This document shows, in pieces, positions 38,294 to 51,780 of a DNA stretch of 57,350 nt (position 1 is its first letter; each line of letters starts with the position of its first letter). The DNA comes from Chiloscyllium plagiosum. Lineage: Eukaryota. The stretch covers positions 63,486 through 120,835 of the forward strand of contig NW_025215357.1 in assembly GCF_004010195.1 (NCBI RefSeq), given 5' to 3'. Made by a program: the position numbers and the translations under genes. The notes beneath the pieces were generated by a model. That model was given only the letters and a program-made list of their open reading frames with translations. It had not been told where the DNA came from and did not search any database.

Positions 38294-41200
38294 CAAGCAT
38301 TCTCTGCCAGCCAAAAGCATTAGCCCAGCCTATTTTGGCAAATTCCCAGCCCTGGAGATGTCACAGACATGTCAGACAGTGGCCCCATGGTTCAGTGGCA
38401 TCCTGCTGTACCGACTCTGGTAGAAGTATAGGGTTCACATGTCCCAGCCTCATGTCTGCATGAGCTGATAGATGGGAGTGAATGCACAAATTGATATGTT
38501 CAACATATTCTTTGCAACCGTCCCTTCATCCCGCCTCAGAGGAGGGTAGATGTCCTTCATCTCAAACTTTACTGCAGGTCCTGACCTTGCTGGGATCTTG
38601 ATATCATGAGATCCCCGATTCATGGAGTAACAGATCAACCCTGCAAGGCTTTTCCAAAAAGAGACCATACCTAAAGCTGGTTCTCATTGGTTATCTCATT
38701 ATAACATGGGCTTGTCATCAGTTGGCCCACCCAGCACTACAGTCACTCATCCCAGCGGCAAAGACCCTCCTTACAATTCACTTTTTCACAGTTAGTGTGA
38801 AACTGCGTTCTGAGCTAGAGGAAGGTAAAATGGTGCATATCACTTTCAGAAAAAAAATGTTCCACTACCCTTTATCCTCTCCTGTGATCTACCAACTTCC
38901 TCCATTATCCTTGACCATTCCCAATATTAGGAATACACTCCTCCCTGTCACCTTTGAGCCTCTCTCCATTACATTGGACCCCTTAGAACAGTTGTCCAAA
39001 TACCTACAGTCTCTCCAATCCAACAGCTGACACTATGCCAATGCCTATCCTGACCCTTGGCCATCCCATCATTAAAGCCATGTGCTCCTTTACCTTTAGA
39101 GAAATCCTCTCCCCATGATCCTCTTCCTGCTTATTCACCTTCAAATGTCACAATTGCTGTCACTTCCCAGCACTCTTGAGGCAATACCCAGGACAATACC
39201 ATTGATCTGACTCTTTAGACACAATGCATATACATCAAACACTTCCCAACTGTAGCTACACCATGCACCTTCACATACCACCCTTCCCTGATGACATTTC
39301 CATCCTTGGCCAGTCTCCTTGCCCTGTGTCCTTTACACCACAGCTTTCCTATTTCGATTATCCTTCCAATCATTGGTTACTTAGACGACAGACAACTGTA
39401 AAAGAGCTTCCCAAATGGACAAAACAACGGCTACCCATTCCAAAATCCTGGTTGCTACCTTACCTACTGTGCACCTCTGTTATGCAGTTATGAACCTGAG
39501 AGCATGTATCACTCACTTTCAGAGAACTTAGTTTGTGGGTGGATGATAATTCCGGTGAGCTGCCCTTTTAATGAGCCACCATGAGATGCAAAAGCACACA
39601 ATCAGGTTTTCTGATACTTCCTGTCAGGAAGCTCAATCTGCCTTTAAACGTCTGAGAATGTCATTACAAAAGTTCATGCTGCTCTTGCACTGGACCTGGA
39701 GACTCTCCTGTCAGCTTATAGTTTACAAGATATTTAGAAGTTTATTTTATTTCATGCCATAATGGCTTTTCAGGTCTGCCTATAATAGTCAAGTTGGCAA
39801 AGATGGCATATGGGCAAAACACACCTTGATTACATTCCGTTCAATCTATTTAAATTCTTTCAAATATGTAATCCCGTATAAGAACACTTTCATATGCATA
39901 ACTCACATTAAAGTGCTTTGAAGTGTCATTCAAATGTAACTTTCCCCCCCCCCCCCTTTCCACATGATACATTGTGGAATCAGTAATGCAACCTTATTCC
40001 TACAATGATACCTTCAGGCTTATGTCAACAGATAGCTAGTGAAATTGTTTGCAGTTACAGCAGGTTGCTATTTGTTTAAAGAGCTTCAGTATTTAAATGT
40101 CTTAACAGTTTTATAGATCCAGTGGGTTGATCCACTTTTTATGCATAATAATGCATAAATAATCCCAAAGGGCTCTTGACCTCTCTCATAGGGATCCCTA
40201 TATCTATTCAAAAAGATCCTTTTCCTCTCCATATGACTTTGCCTTTTGCTGAAATATCTAATGTCCACAAGTCATGTTTTATATATCACACAAAAAAAGA
40301 TTGGATCTGTTTGAAGATAGTTGCATTTTACACGTTCAGCTGCAATCATGAATAAAAAGTACGAAAATTACACTGCGACCTAATTCCCATCCCAACCCAT
40401 TGTGGAGACCACTTCCATCCCCATGAAAATCTAGCACTGTAATTCCTGAAGGAGGCCATCATAAATCTTTGCACACCTTGCATTGAGATTTGGAAAACAT
40501 TCCTTTTACGAGTTGGTAAAAGCCACTTTGAAATTCGATAGAGATGTCTAACTCCAAGAAGTTCCGAGAGATCTCTGCCATCCCTCATAATTTCTAGGGC
40601 AGACTATATCGAATAAATCCCTGATATATCACAAACAGTATTTCTTTGGAAAGAGTCAACAACAAAAAAATTCTCAAGCAGAGGACATTGATTGCACTCA
40701 TAACACAATACATGGCTCTAACTGTGAGCTTTATTAATCATTGAACAGAAGAGGCTATTACTCTATAAATGGACCATATATTGCAAAAAAAGTCTATATA
40801 GGAGACTGGCTTCAACTCTGTGCCTTTGTGCTGGACTTGAGGAAAACAGATTACACCATCCTCCAATTCCACCTACCCTTCCTGTGCTCTGTATTTCATT
40901 CAGCTGAAAATCTTTAACCGCACCCCATAATAATATCTATTGAGTATATGGTGAACATGGCATGTATATTCAATTGGCAAGCAGACAGAAAACTGACAGA
41001 AAGGTTTGGCATTGTCTCTATTTGAAGGTGCTTCATGCTTACATGAGAAGATTTTGCATTGCATTTGAAATGACAGTTCATTTATACAAAATGCGTGCAG
41101 ATTTATTTCTTAATCTTGCCTAGTCCACCAAATTCTATTACCAGGTTGTGGCTATAGATGAGACAACATTAACTTTCGCCATGACTTCCATTCAGGGCTA

Positions 41201-41754
41201 AATTGGCAGTATTTTTGATTCACCTCCATAAATATTGATCCTTCTGTCCAGCAACTCTTAAAGAAACACCAACAAGTTGAATCTTCAAATAGTGCTTGCC
41301 CTGTTTCTGCGTTTTGAAGTTTCAGCCTCTTCTCCTTTAAAATATGTTGGTGCCAGATAACCTGTCCCCCTGACCCGTGGTGCTCCCAGAGCATCCTTCT
41401 CCAACTAGTGGAACATTGTTAACTAAGCTCCAGTTAAAGTGTGAGGTCAGCTCAGTCAATACAGATAGAATTATTAGGGAGAGGCCAGTGAACCTGGTGC
41501 AGTTGAGCCCTGTTTTTTGCTATCTGCTGCAGAGAGTCCCAGAATCACAGCTAAAACAGGCCATCTGGCAGGAAATTGTGCTCAATAGCTTAAATCACAG
41601 ATGAAGTTTATTATTTAAAAAGCCACAACTAGCACAGTCTAAATGGCCTATTAACTTGAATTTAAAACCTCAATCATGTTTGTCCTCTAGCCTTGGAGCT
41701 GTTAATGTTTTGATGGGGAGAAGGTGGGGGAAATGAGGGAAAATCTCAGGGACC

Positions 41755-43608
41755 TGTTCCCAGGACATTGTGGGACGTTAGGCAGAAGATTGTGGGGCTT
41801 CTAACTGAAATATTTGTATCATCTATTACCAAGGTTGAGGTGCTAGAGGACTGGAGTTTGGCAAATGTTGTGCCTTTATTTAAGAAAGTCTGTAAGAATA
41901 AGCCTGAGAACTATAGATCAGTGAGTCTAATATCGATGATGAGTAAATTATTGGATGTGATTCTGAAAGATAGGATTTACATGCACTTGGAGAGGCAAAG
42001 AATGATTAGGGATAGGTAGCATGGGTTTGTGCAAGGGAAATTGTGTCTCACAAACTTGATTGAGTTTTTTGAGGAAGTAACCAAAAAATTGATGAGGCAG
42101 AGTGGACTGGAGTAAAGTTTTTCACAAGGTTCCACATGGTAGGCTAATTAGGAAAGTTAAATTGCATAGGATTCAGGGTGAGCTTGCTGATTGGATACAA
42201 GATCGGCTTGACGGTAGAAGACAGAGGGTGGTGGTGGAAGGTTTTTTTTTTGGACTGGAGACCCGTGACTAGTGGTGTTCTGCAGGGATCGGTGCTGTGT
42301 CCACTTTTGTTTGACATTTATATAAATGATTTGGATGAGAATATAGGAGGCATGGTTAGTAAGTTTGCAGATGGCACCAAAATTGGTGGTGTAGTGGATA
42401 GTGAGGAAAGCTATCTAAGATTGCAAAGAGGTCTTAATCAATTGGATGAATGGGCTGAGGAGGGGCAGATGAAGGTTAATTTAGATAAATGTGAAGTATT
42501 GCATTTTGGTAAAACAAATAAGTGCAGGACTTATAAAATTGATGGTATGGCCCTGGGTAGTGTTGTAGAACAGATAGAACTAGAGGTTCAGGTACATAAT
42601 TCTTAGAAATTTGAGTCACAGGTAGTTAGGGTGGTTAAGAAGGCATTTAGCATGCTTGCCTTCATTGGTCAGATCTTTGATTATAGGAGTTGGGACCTCA
42701 TGTTGAGGCAGCATGGTGGCTCAGTGGTTAGCACTGCTGCTTCACAGCACCAGGGACTAGGGTTTGATTCCAGCCTCAGGCAACTGTCTGTGTCGAGTTT
42801 GCACATTCTCCCTGTGTCTGCTTGGGCTTCCTCTAGGCGCTCTGATTTCCTCCCACAGGTGTGCAGGTTAGGTGGATTGGCCAAACTAAATTGCCCATGT
42901 TGTCTAGGGATGTGCAGGCTAGGGGGATTAGCCCTGGGAAATGCAGAGTTACAAGGATAGGGTTGGAGGTGTGTCTAGGTGGGATGCTGTTTGAACAGTC
43001 ACGGTGGACTTGATGGGCCAAATGGCCTGCTTCCACACTGTACGGATTCTACGTTCAGGTTGTACAGGATGTTGGTGAGGCCTCTTCCAGAGTATTGTGT
43101 GCAGGTCTGGTTGCTCTGTTATAGGATGGATATTATTAAACAGGAGAGAGTTCAGAAAAGATTTACGAGGATGTTGCCAGAACTGGAGTGCTTGAGCTAC
43201 AAGGAGAGGCTGTGACCTTTTTCACTGAAGCATAGGAGGTTGAGGGGTGACATTATAGAAGTTTATAAAATCATGAGGGACATAGATAACATGAATAAGG
43301 TATTTTCCGTAGTGTGGGTGAATTCAAAACTAAGGGGTATATTTTAAAGGACATGAGGAGCAACATTTTTACATGAAGAGTGGTTAGTGTGTGGAATGAA
43401 CTGCCAGAGGATGTGGTAGATTCAGGTACAGTAACAACATTTAAAAGACATTTGGATCAATACATCAATAGGAAAGATTTGCAGGAATATGGGCCAAGCT
43501 CAGGCAGGTGGGACTAGTTTAATTTGGGAACATGGTCAGCATGGACTAGTTGGACCGAAGGATCTGTTTCCATGCTGTATGACTCTATGACTGTATGACT
43601 ATGACTCT
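41755..43608 (+). mobile_element. CR1 LINE ORF2 3' half with a nested HE1 SINE
   Basis: NYRSVSL, SGVLQGSVLCPLLF and SKFADGTKIG motifs; (ctatga)n tail ends about 85 bp before the exon 5 acceptor. Confidence 0.95.
42709..43050 (+). mobile_element. HE1 SINE nested in a CR1
   Basis: A-box tggctcagtgg, B-box-like ggtttgattcc; degenerate TSD atgttgagg (42700-42708) / acgttcagg (43051-43059). Confidence 0.9.
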
Positions 43609-43694
43609 TTGAGAACTAATACGAAGAGAAGCTTGGAAGGTAATGTTGAAAATAGATACTGCAATGGCTAATTGTTGTTTGTCTCCAACCCCAG

Positions 43695-43807
43695 GTTTTG
43701 GAAAAAAACACAGAGATATGAATACAGAACGTGACTTCTTCATGAGAATGAAATGTACTGTGACAAACCGCGGAAGAACTGTCAACCTCAAGTCTGCCAC
43801 CTGGAAG
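43695..43807 (+). CDS. EPAS1: EPAS1 coding exon (exon 5)
   Basis: cccag|GT acceptor, AAG|gtgaga donor, 113 bp. [38 protein letters not shown], the HIF-2a-type motif. Confidence 0.95.
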
Positions 43808-43914
43808 GTGAGAAACCAGAAGTAGTAATTAGTCAGCTACATTTGGTGGTTTTCTCCTTGTACCTTTAGGGTCAGAAATTCATTTCCTGTGTAAGGAAGC
43901 TTTCTAATCAATCA

Positions 43915-44240
43915 CTGGTGAGGTAATGGGGTAGCAATATTAACAATTGACTGTTAAACACACAGCTGATCTTCTGTAAACCTGGGTTCAAACCCTGCTA
44001 CCTCACATGGAATTTGCAATTCAATAAAAATAAAAAATCCAGACTGTAATGATGCACATGAAATCATGATTGATTGTTGGATACCCCATCTGGTTCTCCA
44101 GTACCCTTTAGGAAAGGAAACTTTGCCATCCTCAACTGGTCTGGCCGACATGTGATTCCAGACCCACAGCAGTGTGGTTGACTCTTAACTTCCCCTTGGG
44201 CAATAAATGCTGGCATAGTAAACATTGCTTACAGTGACTA
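43915..44240 (+). mobile_element. SacSINE1-like (DeuSINE) element
   Basis: B-box ggttcaaaccc, central ctttaggaaaggaaactttgccatcctc..ccagacccacagcagtgtggttgactcttaac block, gggcaataaatgctggc tail. Confidence 0.7.
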
Positions 44241-44879
44241 AGGAAAAAGATTGTTTTAGAATAAAATAATATTTAAATGTTTGTCAAAACTAAAGGAACA
44301 TGTTAGAATCACAAATTTTAATAATTTTCAGCGCACTATTGCCTCATGAAAGATTCACTAAATGGTCAAGTGAAAAAGAATCCTGTGGTCATATACTAGA
44401 TTAAGGGTTTGATCCGTACTACTTTCACCTTCCTCCCAGCCATCCATTCATGTTTCATTCCTTGTGACTAACAACTTGCAGATCTCAAGTCTAAACAATT
44501 GCTGCAGCTCTCCTCCTCTCTCCCTTGACTTACTTCTGGATGGGTTGAGGTTGAGGAGACAGGATGAGCATGAAGAGAGGTGATGGAGAAGTCAATAAGG
44601 CAGCAATGTACCATCATCCTGGATGACCTCCACTGCTCCAGATAGCGCAGGTTTCTTAGTGCTGCAGCCCATGATTCACGGTGCTGAGGCAATGCTTACA
44701 TTTTGGTCTTCCTCCAATCTTTTGGCTTTCTTACTTATGAGGTGGCCCATAATAAGTAAGAAAGCCAACAAAACTTGCGCTTGGATGATCTTAACATAGT
44801 TAAAAAATGGAGGTATTTGCAGGCAGTGAGAGGCACGTACAGGGCTGGTATTATTCGAAGAGGCAAGTGGGTGAGGTAG

Positions 44880-45200
44880 AGTTTCAGGCCTTTACCAGAA
44901 GTCCCCTCCATCACTAGATGCCAATTTTCAGCCAATTCAATAACTCCATGTGATATCAGAAAATGGTTAGAGGCACTGGATATGCAAAGACTACCAACCC
45001 TGACACAATATTGGCAGAAGTACTGAAGACTTATCCTCCAGAACGTGCCACACCCCTCGCCAAATTGTTCCATTCCAGTTATAATATTGGCATCTATCCG
45101 ACATTGTGGGAAGTTGCCCAAGTATGTTCTGCACACAAAAATCAGGACAAATCCAACTCAGTTAATTACCACCCCATCAGTCTATTCTCAATCGTCATCA
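44880..45200 (+). mobile_element. CR1-like LINE fragment
   Basis: ORF ..PLAKLFHSSYNIGIYPTLWEVAQV..DKSNSVNYHPISL. Confidence 0.75.
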
Positions 45201-45311
45201 CTGGCGAATTAGTTCCTCACAGAAATGAGAGAAGAAAATAAAATGAAAATGACACAAATATCAGGGGAAAATTCCAAACAAGTTTTAAGTTTTCTATTTT
45301 GCTTTATTAAG

Positions 45312-45514
45312 GTGTTGCACTGCACTGGCCACATCAAAATATACAATGCCTGCCAAGCTCACACACTGTGTGGGTATAAGGAGCCACCTCTGACTTGCTT
45401 GATCATGATGTGTGAGCCGATTCAACATCCATCTAATATTGACATCCCATTGGACAGCAAGACATTCCTGAGCCGCCACAGCATGGATATGAAATTTACT
45501 TACTGTGACGAGAG
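45312..45514 (+). CDS. EPAS1: EPAS1 coding exon (exon 6; end of PAS-A, start of PAS-B)
   Basis: ttaag|GTG acceptor, AG|gtacag donor, 203 bp. [67 protein letters not shown](R). Confidence 0.96.
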
Positions 45515-45659
45515 GTACAGTATTGTTTTAAATGATTACAATCACATCAGGAAATAACCTTGAGTTCTTCCCTGCATTTTAATTTTCCCCATTTTATGCT
45601 GCTAAGTACCTAACTGCAGAAATGGTAAATTAGTTCACTATGAAAACCTAGAAAGGGAA

Positions 45660-45855
45660 AAGTAAAGTTGCCATTGTCCCAGATAACCCGAAAGATGTTC
45701 TCCAATTAGAGAGAGATGATTGGCAGTGAGTTTAACCTGATGGCCTCAGGTGAGATTGAGAACTTGGGATCTTCAGAGTGACCTCAGCTAGTGTGGGAAC
45801 TGAACCCACGCTGTTGGCTTCAACCTCTACATCACAAACCAGCCGTCCAGTGGAT
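45660..45855 (-). mobile_element. tRNA-derived SINE fragment
   Basis: gggaactgaacccac is a B-box on the minus strand; the family was not identified. Confidence 0.45.
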
Positions 45856-47164
45856 GAATATGATATAGAAATGTTCTTCTGTAACAGCAATGAGCATTGG
45901 GAATGAGTTTAAGGCTATTTTCAGCCAGGTGCCCAGGACATCCAAACCATTATGGCATTAACCATTTTACTTTAACAGATGTGGAATGTGCTGTCTTAAA
46001 GTCTGCAGTGACTATTTTGCCCTCACAAAGTTTCAAAGTGAGGTCCAGGACTAAGACTCAAATCCACCACAGGCCAAAATAAAAGCAGTGTTCTGTAACT
46101 CTAAGTGACTAAGTAAAATGAATATGCACAGTCTTCATTTAATTCCCAGTAGATGTTTAATCGCATCACAATATTATTCCTATTTTAATTCAAAATTGAG
46201 CATTTGATTCACAGATATCACATGGGAAATGAAAAGATATCAAGTCTGATAACTCTTTTGATCTGGAGGCAAATTATTAGGCAGTGTTATGCTGCATCTA
46301 ACCACAGTGAATTTGGATGGGGGAAGATTAATTGATATCATCTGTAGCTTAGCATAGTGTACATTCTACATTATTTTAAAGATAAAGCGGTTTGCAAAAA
46401 GCAAAAATCATGTAGGCACAAAGGGTACAGCCAGTAGACAGTTGCAGCAGTAATGAACTGTCAAGTACACAGATATATTGTAATGCCATGAATGAACTGA
46501 AGACTGGTAGAACTTATTTATTTAACAGATTCACAGAGCAAAAATACACCCTTTACACAAGAACTATTAATATCTATTGCTGCATCTTCCTTAAAACTGT
46601 TTGGCATCTTGACCCTCCTGAAAACTAACATTTATAAACAGGACAAATAAAAATGTATTGTCTCAAATAACATACTCCTTAGAAAGGAGGTCACTGTTGA
46701 ATCAGAATTTGCTGTTGTTAGTGTCTTGGAGTATGACATCTCAAACTTGACATTCAGTTGTCCGAGTGGTGCACTTCAATAATAGAATTATTGGATGGGG
46801 AGAGAGGCTGCTGGGAACCTGTATGACTCCATTGAACTATCTATTAATCAGCTTGAAAAGCTTGTTAACAGGCTGAGGAGGGCCAGAAAGTGATTTTCAA
46901 TTTGCAGATTGCCAAACATAGACAGTCTGGTTCACATTAGCGCACAGCTGTTGGATGCACTATAGGAAAGCAATCAGTAATTATTTTACTGAGGAGGATT
47001 TTTGTCAGAAAGGGTTATTGTCACAGAGCAGATCATTACCTCTATGTTGGCTGTTTGGCTGCTGGCCCGCTGATGCCCTTTCCTCTACTCTATAAAGCAT
47101 TGGCTGGCTGCTGGCTGCCTTGGAAGGTCCTGCTTGACTGTTAGCTTCCTCCTCCCATGTAAGG

Positions 47165-47345
47165 TTGCGGAGGCCCATGTTTAAGAAAGAAATAGATATA
47201 TTTCTAGACACTAAAGATGCCAACAATTTTGTGGAAAGAGTGGGAGCACAGCGTTGAGATGGAAGGTCGGCTTTTAACATATGGAACGGTGGAGCCAGCT
47301 GGCTGGGCTGAATGGCCTATTCTTCCACCTATCTTCTATGTTTCA
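47165..47345 (+). mobile_element. CR1 3' end fragment
   Basis: tttaagaaagaaatagatatatttctag..gggctgaatggcctattcttccacctatcttctatgtttc. Confidence 0.75.
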
Positions 47346-47489
47346 TGAGTTTATACAAATATACAATGAGAAATTATCTGAGCAAGGCAGTCATTAATAG
47401 GTAAAAACAAGTAGGACCTCTGTTCCAAAGACTGGGGACTTTGTATCAAACAGCCAGTCCTTTTGGCAAGCAAAGTAATGATTTACCCA

Positions 47490-47890
47490 GCCAGCCTGTG
47501 CTTGCGAAACTCACAACACAATGTCTCACATTGGATGTGCTTCTGAAATTGGGCATTTGCTGAATAATCCCGACTGTGAGAGAAATTGCATTGCCTATGT
47601 ATTTGAGGGCTCGCTTTGTGCTACACTTGCATGTGCTGGAAGCTACATGTATGAATACACCATACTCCCTTTTTTGTAGACAGAATATGTGTATACTGTA
47701 TCTGTTTCAATTCAACCAAATAGGTGATAGCCATTCACTGGCGCATTTCTCAGGGCAATGCACTAACCAATCAAAATCAACCTGCCTTGTTTAAAATTTA
47801 AACAAGATCTGTTAATTGTCAATCAGCAATCATAGGTTAAACCTCCATGGCAACACCTCTACCAATTTGGAGTCCACTTGCTACTAATGA
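47490..47890 (+). mobile_element. Penelope-like element 3' remnant
   Basis: ..HLLNNPDC..LHLHVLEATCMNT..FCRQ C-terminus and a terminus similar to 23885-24215 and 21540-22040. Confidence 0.55.
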
Positions 47891-48275
47891 TTTGAGATGA
47901 TATAGGACATGATACATCCTCTTATGGCCTTCATTTTCTTTTCTGTTCAGCTACTCAGCACAAAATCACATATTCTAGATCAGTTTGTAGCACTTCCAAG
48001 TGTTTGCACACACTAAACATTAATTGTTCAGCCCTTTAATTCTTTTTGTTCTTGCCTTTCCCCTTATATATTAAAATTGATTTATAGAACACATCAATTA
48101 ATAGCTGCATCCCTTTCTAAAATTTTTGTAAATTTTCATTTAATTAAAATATTTCTCTCATCCTTTCTTCTTTAATTCCTTTAAAATTTACATTCCACAA
48201 TTTAATTACACTTCACTCTGTTTTATCAATAATATTTGCATACAAACTGTGACAGTTTAACATTTATTTTACCAG

Positions 48276-48382
48276 AATTGCAGCACTGATGGGATATTGT
48301 CCAGAAGAACTGCTTGGACGTTCAGTTTATGAGTTTTACCATGCATTGGATTCAGATCACATGATTAAAAGTCACCAAAACC
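48276..48382 (+). CDS. EPAS1: EPAS1 coding exon (exon 7; PAS-B)
   Basis: taccag|A acceptor, C|gtaagt donor, 107 bp. [35 protein letters not shown]. Not in the ORF track. Confidence 0.95.
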
Positions 48383-48842
48383 GTAAGTGGACAATCCAAA
48401 GAACTTGTAACTTAATGTGGTAGTGAAAGTCAGTTAACTGCAAGATTGTTTTAAAATCACAATAGTAAAACCCTGCATTACTCATTTTCAGATCTTCAAA
48501 TCTTCTCTCAGATCATTATATGATTTCAGTTGCTCCCCACCTCTGGCAGTAGTGGGTTTATATGATATTCTGGTGATACTTTGGCACTTTTAATTACTTT
48601 TGGGGATTCTCTTATTGTGGCAATTTTCATTCGTGTTCATAAAATATAATGTTTGTAAATATCCCAATAGTATTTCCAAGACCAACAAGACAAGAACATT
48701 CATTAAATAATTAAAAATAAATGTATAAAATAATTAATAATAAAATTAAAAGTGCACATGTAAACTATCAGACTCTTATGTAGATGGGAGGAGGTATGAA
48801 TCAGCACCACCATATTAGTGTGAGGAAAAATATATCACCAAA

Positions 48843-49152
48843 TGGGCGGCACAGTGGCTCAGTGGTTAGTACTGCTGCCTCACAGCACCAGGGACCTGGG
48901 TTCAATTCCTGCCTCAGGCAACTGTCTGTGTGGAGTTTGCACATTCTCCCAGTGTCTGTGTGGGTTTCCTCTGGGTGCTTTGGTTTCCTCCCACAGTCCA
49001 AAGATGTGCAGGTTAGGTGAATTGGCCATGCTAAATTGTCTGTAGTATTAGTTGTAGGGGAATGTGTCTGGGTGGGTTGCTCTTCGGAGGGTCAGTGTGG
49101 ACTTGTTGGGCCGAATGGCCTGTTTCCACACTGTAGGGAATCTAATCTAATC
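48843..49152 (+). mobile_element. Full-length HE1 SINE (V-SINE)
   Basis: Pol III A-box tggctcagtgg, B-box ggttcaattcc, V-domain core, LINE-like tail and (atcta)n end. Confidence 0.93.
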
Positions 49153-49179
49153 AAGTCACTGCTGATACAACTTCCCCAC

Positions 49180-49410
49180 TTTTTTGTAAGTTCAACAAAA
49201 AAAATTGGAAATAAAATGCACCTATCTTATAGTAACCATGAAACCACTGTTGATTGTTGTAAAAACCCATGCTTCACTAATGTCCTTCAAGGAAGGAATT
49301 TGTCATCCTTACCCATAGCAATGTGGTTGATTCCAGGCAATATGGGACAGACAATAAATATCAGCCCAACCAGCAATCACCATGCTCCATGAATGAATGG
49401 GAAAAAAAGC
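49180..49410 (+). mobile_element. SacSINE-like fragment
   Basis: ttcactaatgtccttcaaggaaggaatttgtcatccttacc block, as at 44090-44140. Confidence 0.65.
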
Positions 49411-49589
49411 CAGAAGAATTTACTTGGGGCAAATCAGCCTCTACGATATATTTCCCAGTGGACTCTAAACAAATTGATGAATGGGATAAGAAAGGTAGTC
49501 TTGAAACAGTGGGCTGGCCAGGATGCTTCAGATGCTGGGGTTTCCTTGCATTTTTTTTTGTTTCATTTTAGTGGTTAACAAGCATACAA

Positions 49590-50190
49590 ATCCTCAGCTT
49601 TTCAAATGGGGCAAAGATTAGAAGAGCGAGGATATTATGATGAACTTTTATAGGACTCATGTTAGACCTCAACTAAAATATTGTGCATATAGTTCTGGGA
49701 ACCATACTATAGAATAGATGTGAATGCATTGGAGACAGTGCAAAGAGATTTCCAAGAATGGTTCCAGGGATTTGAATTGTTAATTATAGAGCATAGATTG
49801 GAGAGGTTGCATACGTCCGAAGGATCAGAGGAGATCTACTATACATTTTCAGAATCATAATGGAGTTGGATAGAGTAGATAGGAAGAAGCTGTTCCAGCT
49901 TGTGAGATGATGAACAATGAAATAACACAGATTAATACCATTTTCAAAAGAAGCAAACGTGATGCGAGAAAAAGCTTTTTCACACAATGAGTGGTTTGAG
50001 TCTGAAATAAGTGGGGTGGTGAAAGCAGGTTCAATGAAAGGAATTCAAGAGAACACTGGATGGTTATTTATATTAGAAATAACCTGCATACATCTGGAGA
50101 AAAGACAAAAGAATTGCACTGAATTCTGATACTCATTTGGAAAGCTAGGGCAGTCATGATGGAACAAACAGCCTCGTTCTGCACTTTAAC
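49590..50190 (+). mobile_element. Old CR1 3' fragment
   Basis: Parallels 20290-20890 (gttagacctcaactaaaatattgtg.., ggagatctact.., 3'UTR). Confidence 0.7.
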
Positions 50191-51780
50191 TTCACTTCAG
50201 TCGCTCTGTAATATTATTCTCTTAAAACCATCAAATTGGTGGTAAAATTCTTCTCCAATATCCTTATCAGGACCCATTCTTCTGCAGAAATGACGCTGAG
50301 GCTAAAATAAGAAAGCAATAAGGTGGCATTCTTGGACAGAAAGAGGAAATAGTCTTTAAAGTTTTCTTCATTTGAACTGACCTTGCAAGAAGGCTAAGCA
50401 GGTTTTGCAAACAGTTTGTTCAGGTTTACTGTTGGCTAACTGTGTTCCTTACCGTGGCACATTTCGTTTAATAATATATTTCAGAATATGTTCATAAACA
50501 AGAAATATACAGATTACAACTGGACCATCTTTGGAAGCAAGGAGTCCTTGCTTCCAAAGATGTGGACAAAAAAGGATATCCTAGTGCTTTGCTGTTTTGA
50601 GCTGTTGATTGGAAAATGCATATATTTATATATTTTGTTTCCCAATAATCATTCACTATCACCTGGCAATATAAATTCTATGAAGAGAAAAATGAGACTA
50701 ACTCACTTCAGGAACAAAGCTGTTTCCCTACAAGAAGTTCATGTATTTGAATCCTAATTTTAGCTATCCTAATTGACCTTGAGAGTTTTCAGCATAATCA
50801 GAACCTGATTCATTTGAGGAAGAAGGGAAAAGAAATCAGAGCTAAACCTACAGGAACACAGCTCCTTGTTTCCCACTCAAAGAGGCATCCATATATCTAA
50901 GTTTCAGGTCTTATTGAATGAATAATAATGCACGAGGTATGGGAATGTAATCAATCAAAGGCCAAATGAAGACAGAGAAAGATGGGAATGCAGCAGTAAA
51001 GTAAAATTCTCTAAACTGACATAAAATGACTTACAAACTGTATATGATGTATATAATTAATCATTGAGGCTTTAATTCATTCAATTGTCATTATTAATAC
51101 CTCATGTTCTTCAACCAACTCCAAATAAATATAATCTCAAATTTTGTCTCTTAACTATATTTTTCACCTTTGATAGCTGATTTAATTTCTCATTTTACAA
51201 AGCCATTATTTTCAATAGTGTGAAATCTTTGTGAAGTTTCAATATGAACAAAGTAAACAAAATACTAGTCTCTTAAATTAACAATTTCTGTTTTATTCTC
51301 CATGCTTTGTGCATAATATCTAAAGGTGCTTATAAGCAGCTGGTTAATAGATCAGTAGAAGGCAAACAGCGATCAGCAGTCTAGTTTAACTTCCACATGG
51401 CAGTACTTGCGTAATCACTGACCTATCAGATTGGCAGGTATCCTTCTAGTGACATTGTGTGTTGTTTCAAACAAGATTACAGCAATAACAAGGCCTTCTG
51501 GAAAACAAGTAACTGGACCATGGCACACATTGAGATTTTATTGATTGCACCCAATGTAATTATCCTTTCAAAACACAATGATAACTACCAGATTAAGGCA
51601 GTCTACCAAAACTCATATTGGATCAAAGTACAGTTTAGATTACAAAGTAGCAGGTTCATAAGTCAGATCACAAATATATTGCTGTTTTGATTTCAACTTT
51701 AAACAGAAAAAAACATTGTTCATTATTGCTGAATGCATTTTCCAAGTGTGGAAAATACATGTTTAAAAATTTAACAATGT

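Noticed and set aside
48843..48915. tRNA gene
   Set aside because: The A/B boxes belong to the head of an HE1 SINE and continue into the SINE body; several copies occur in the window.
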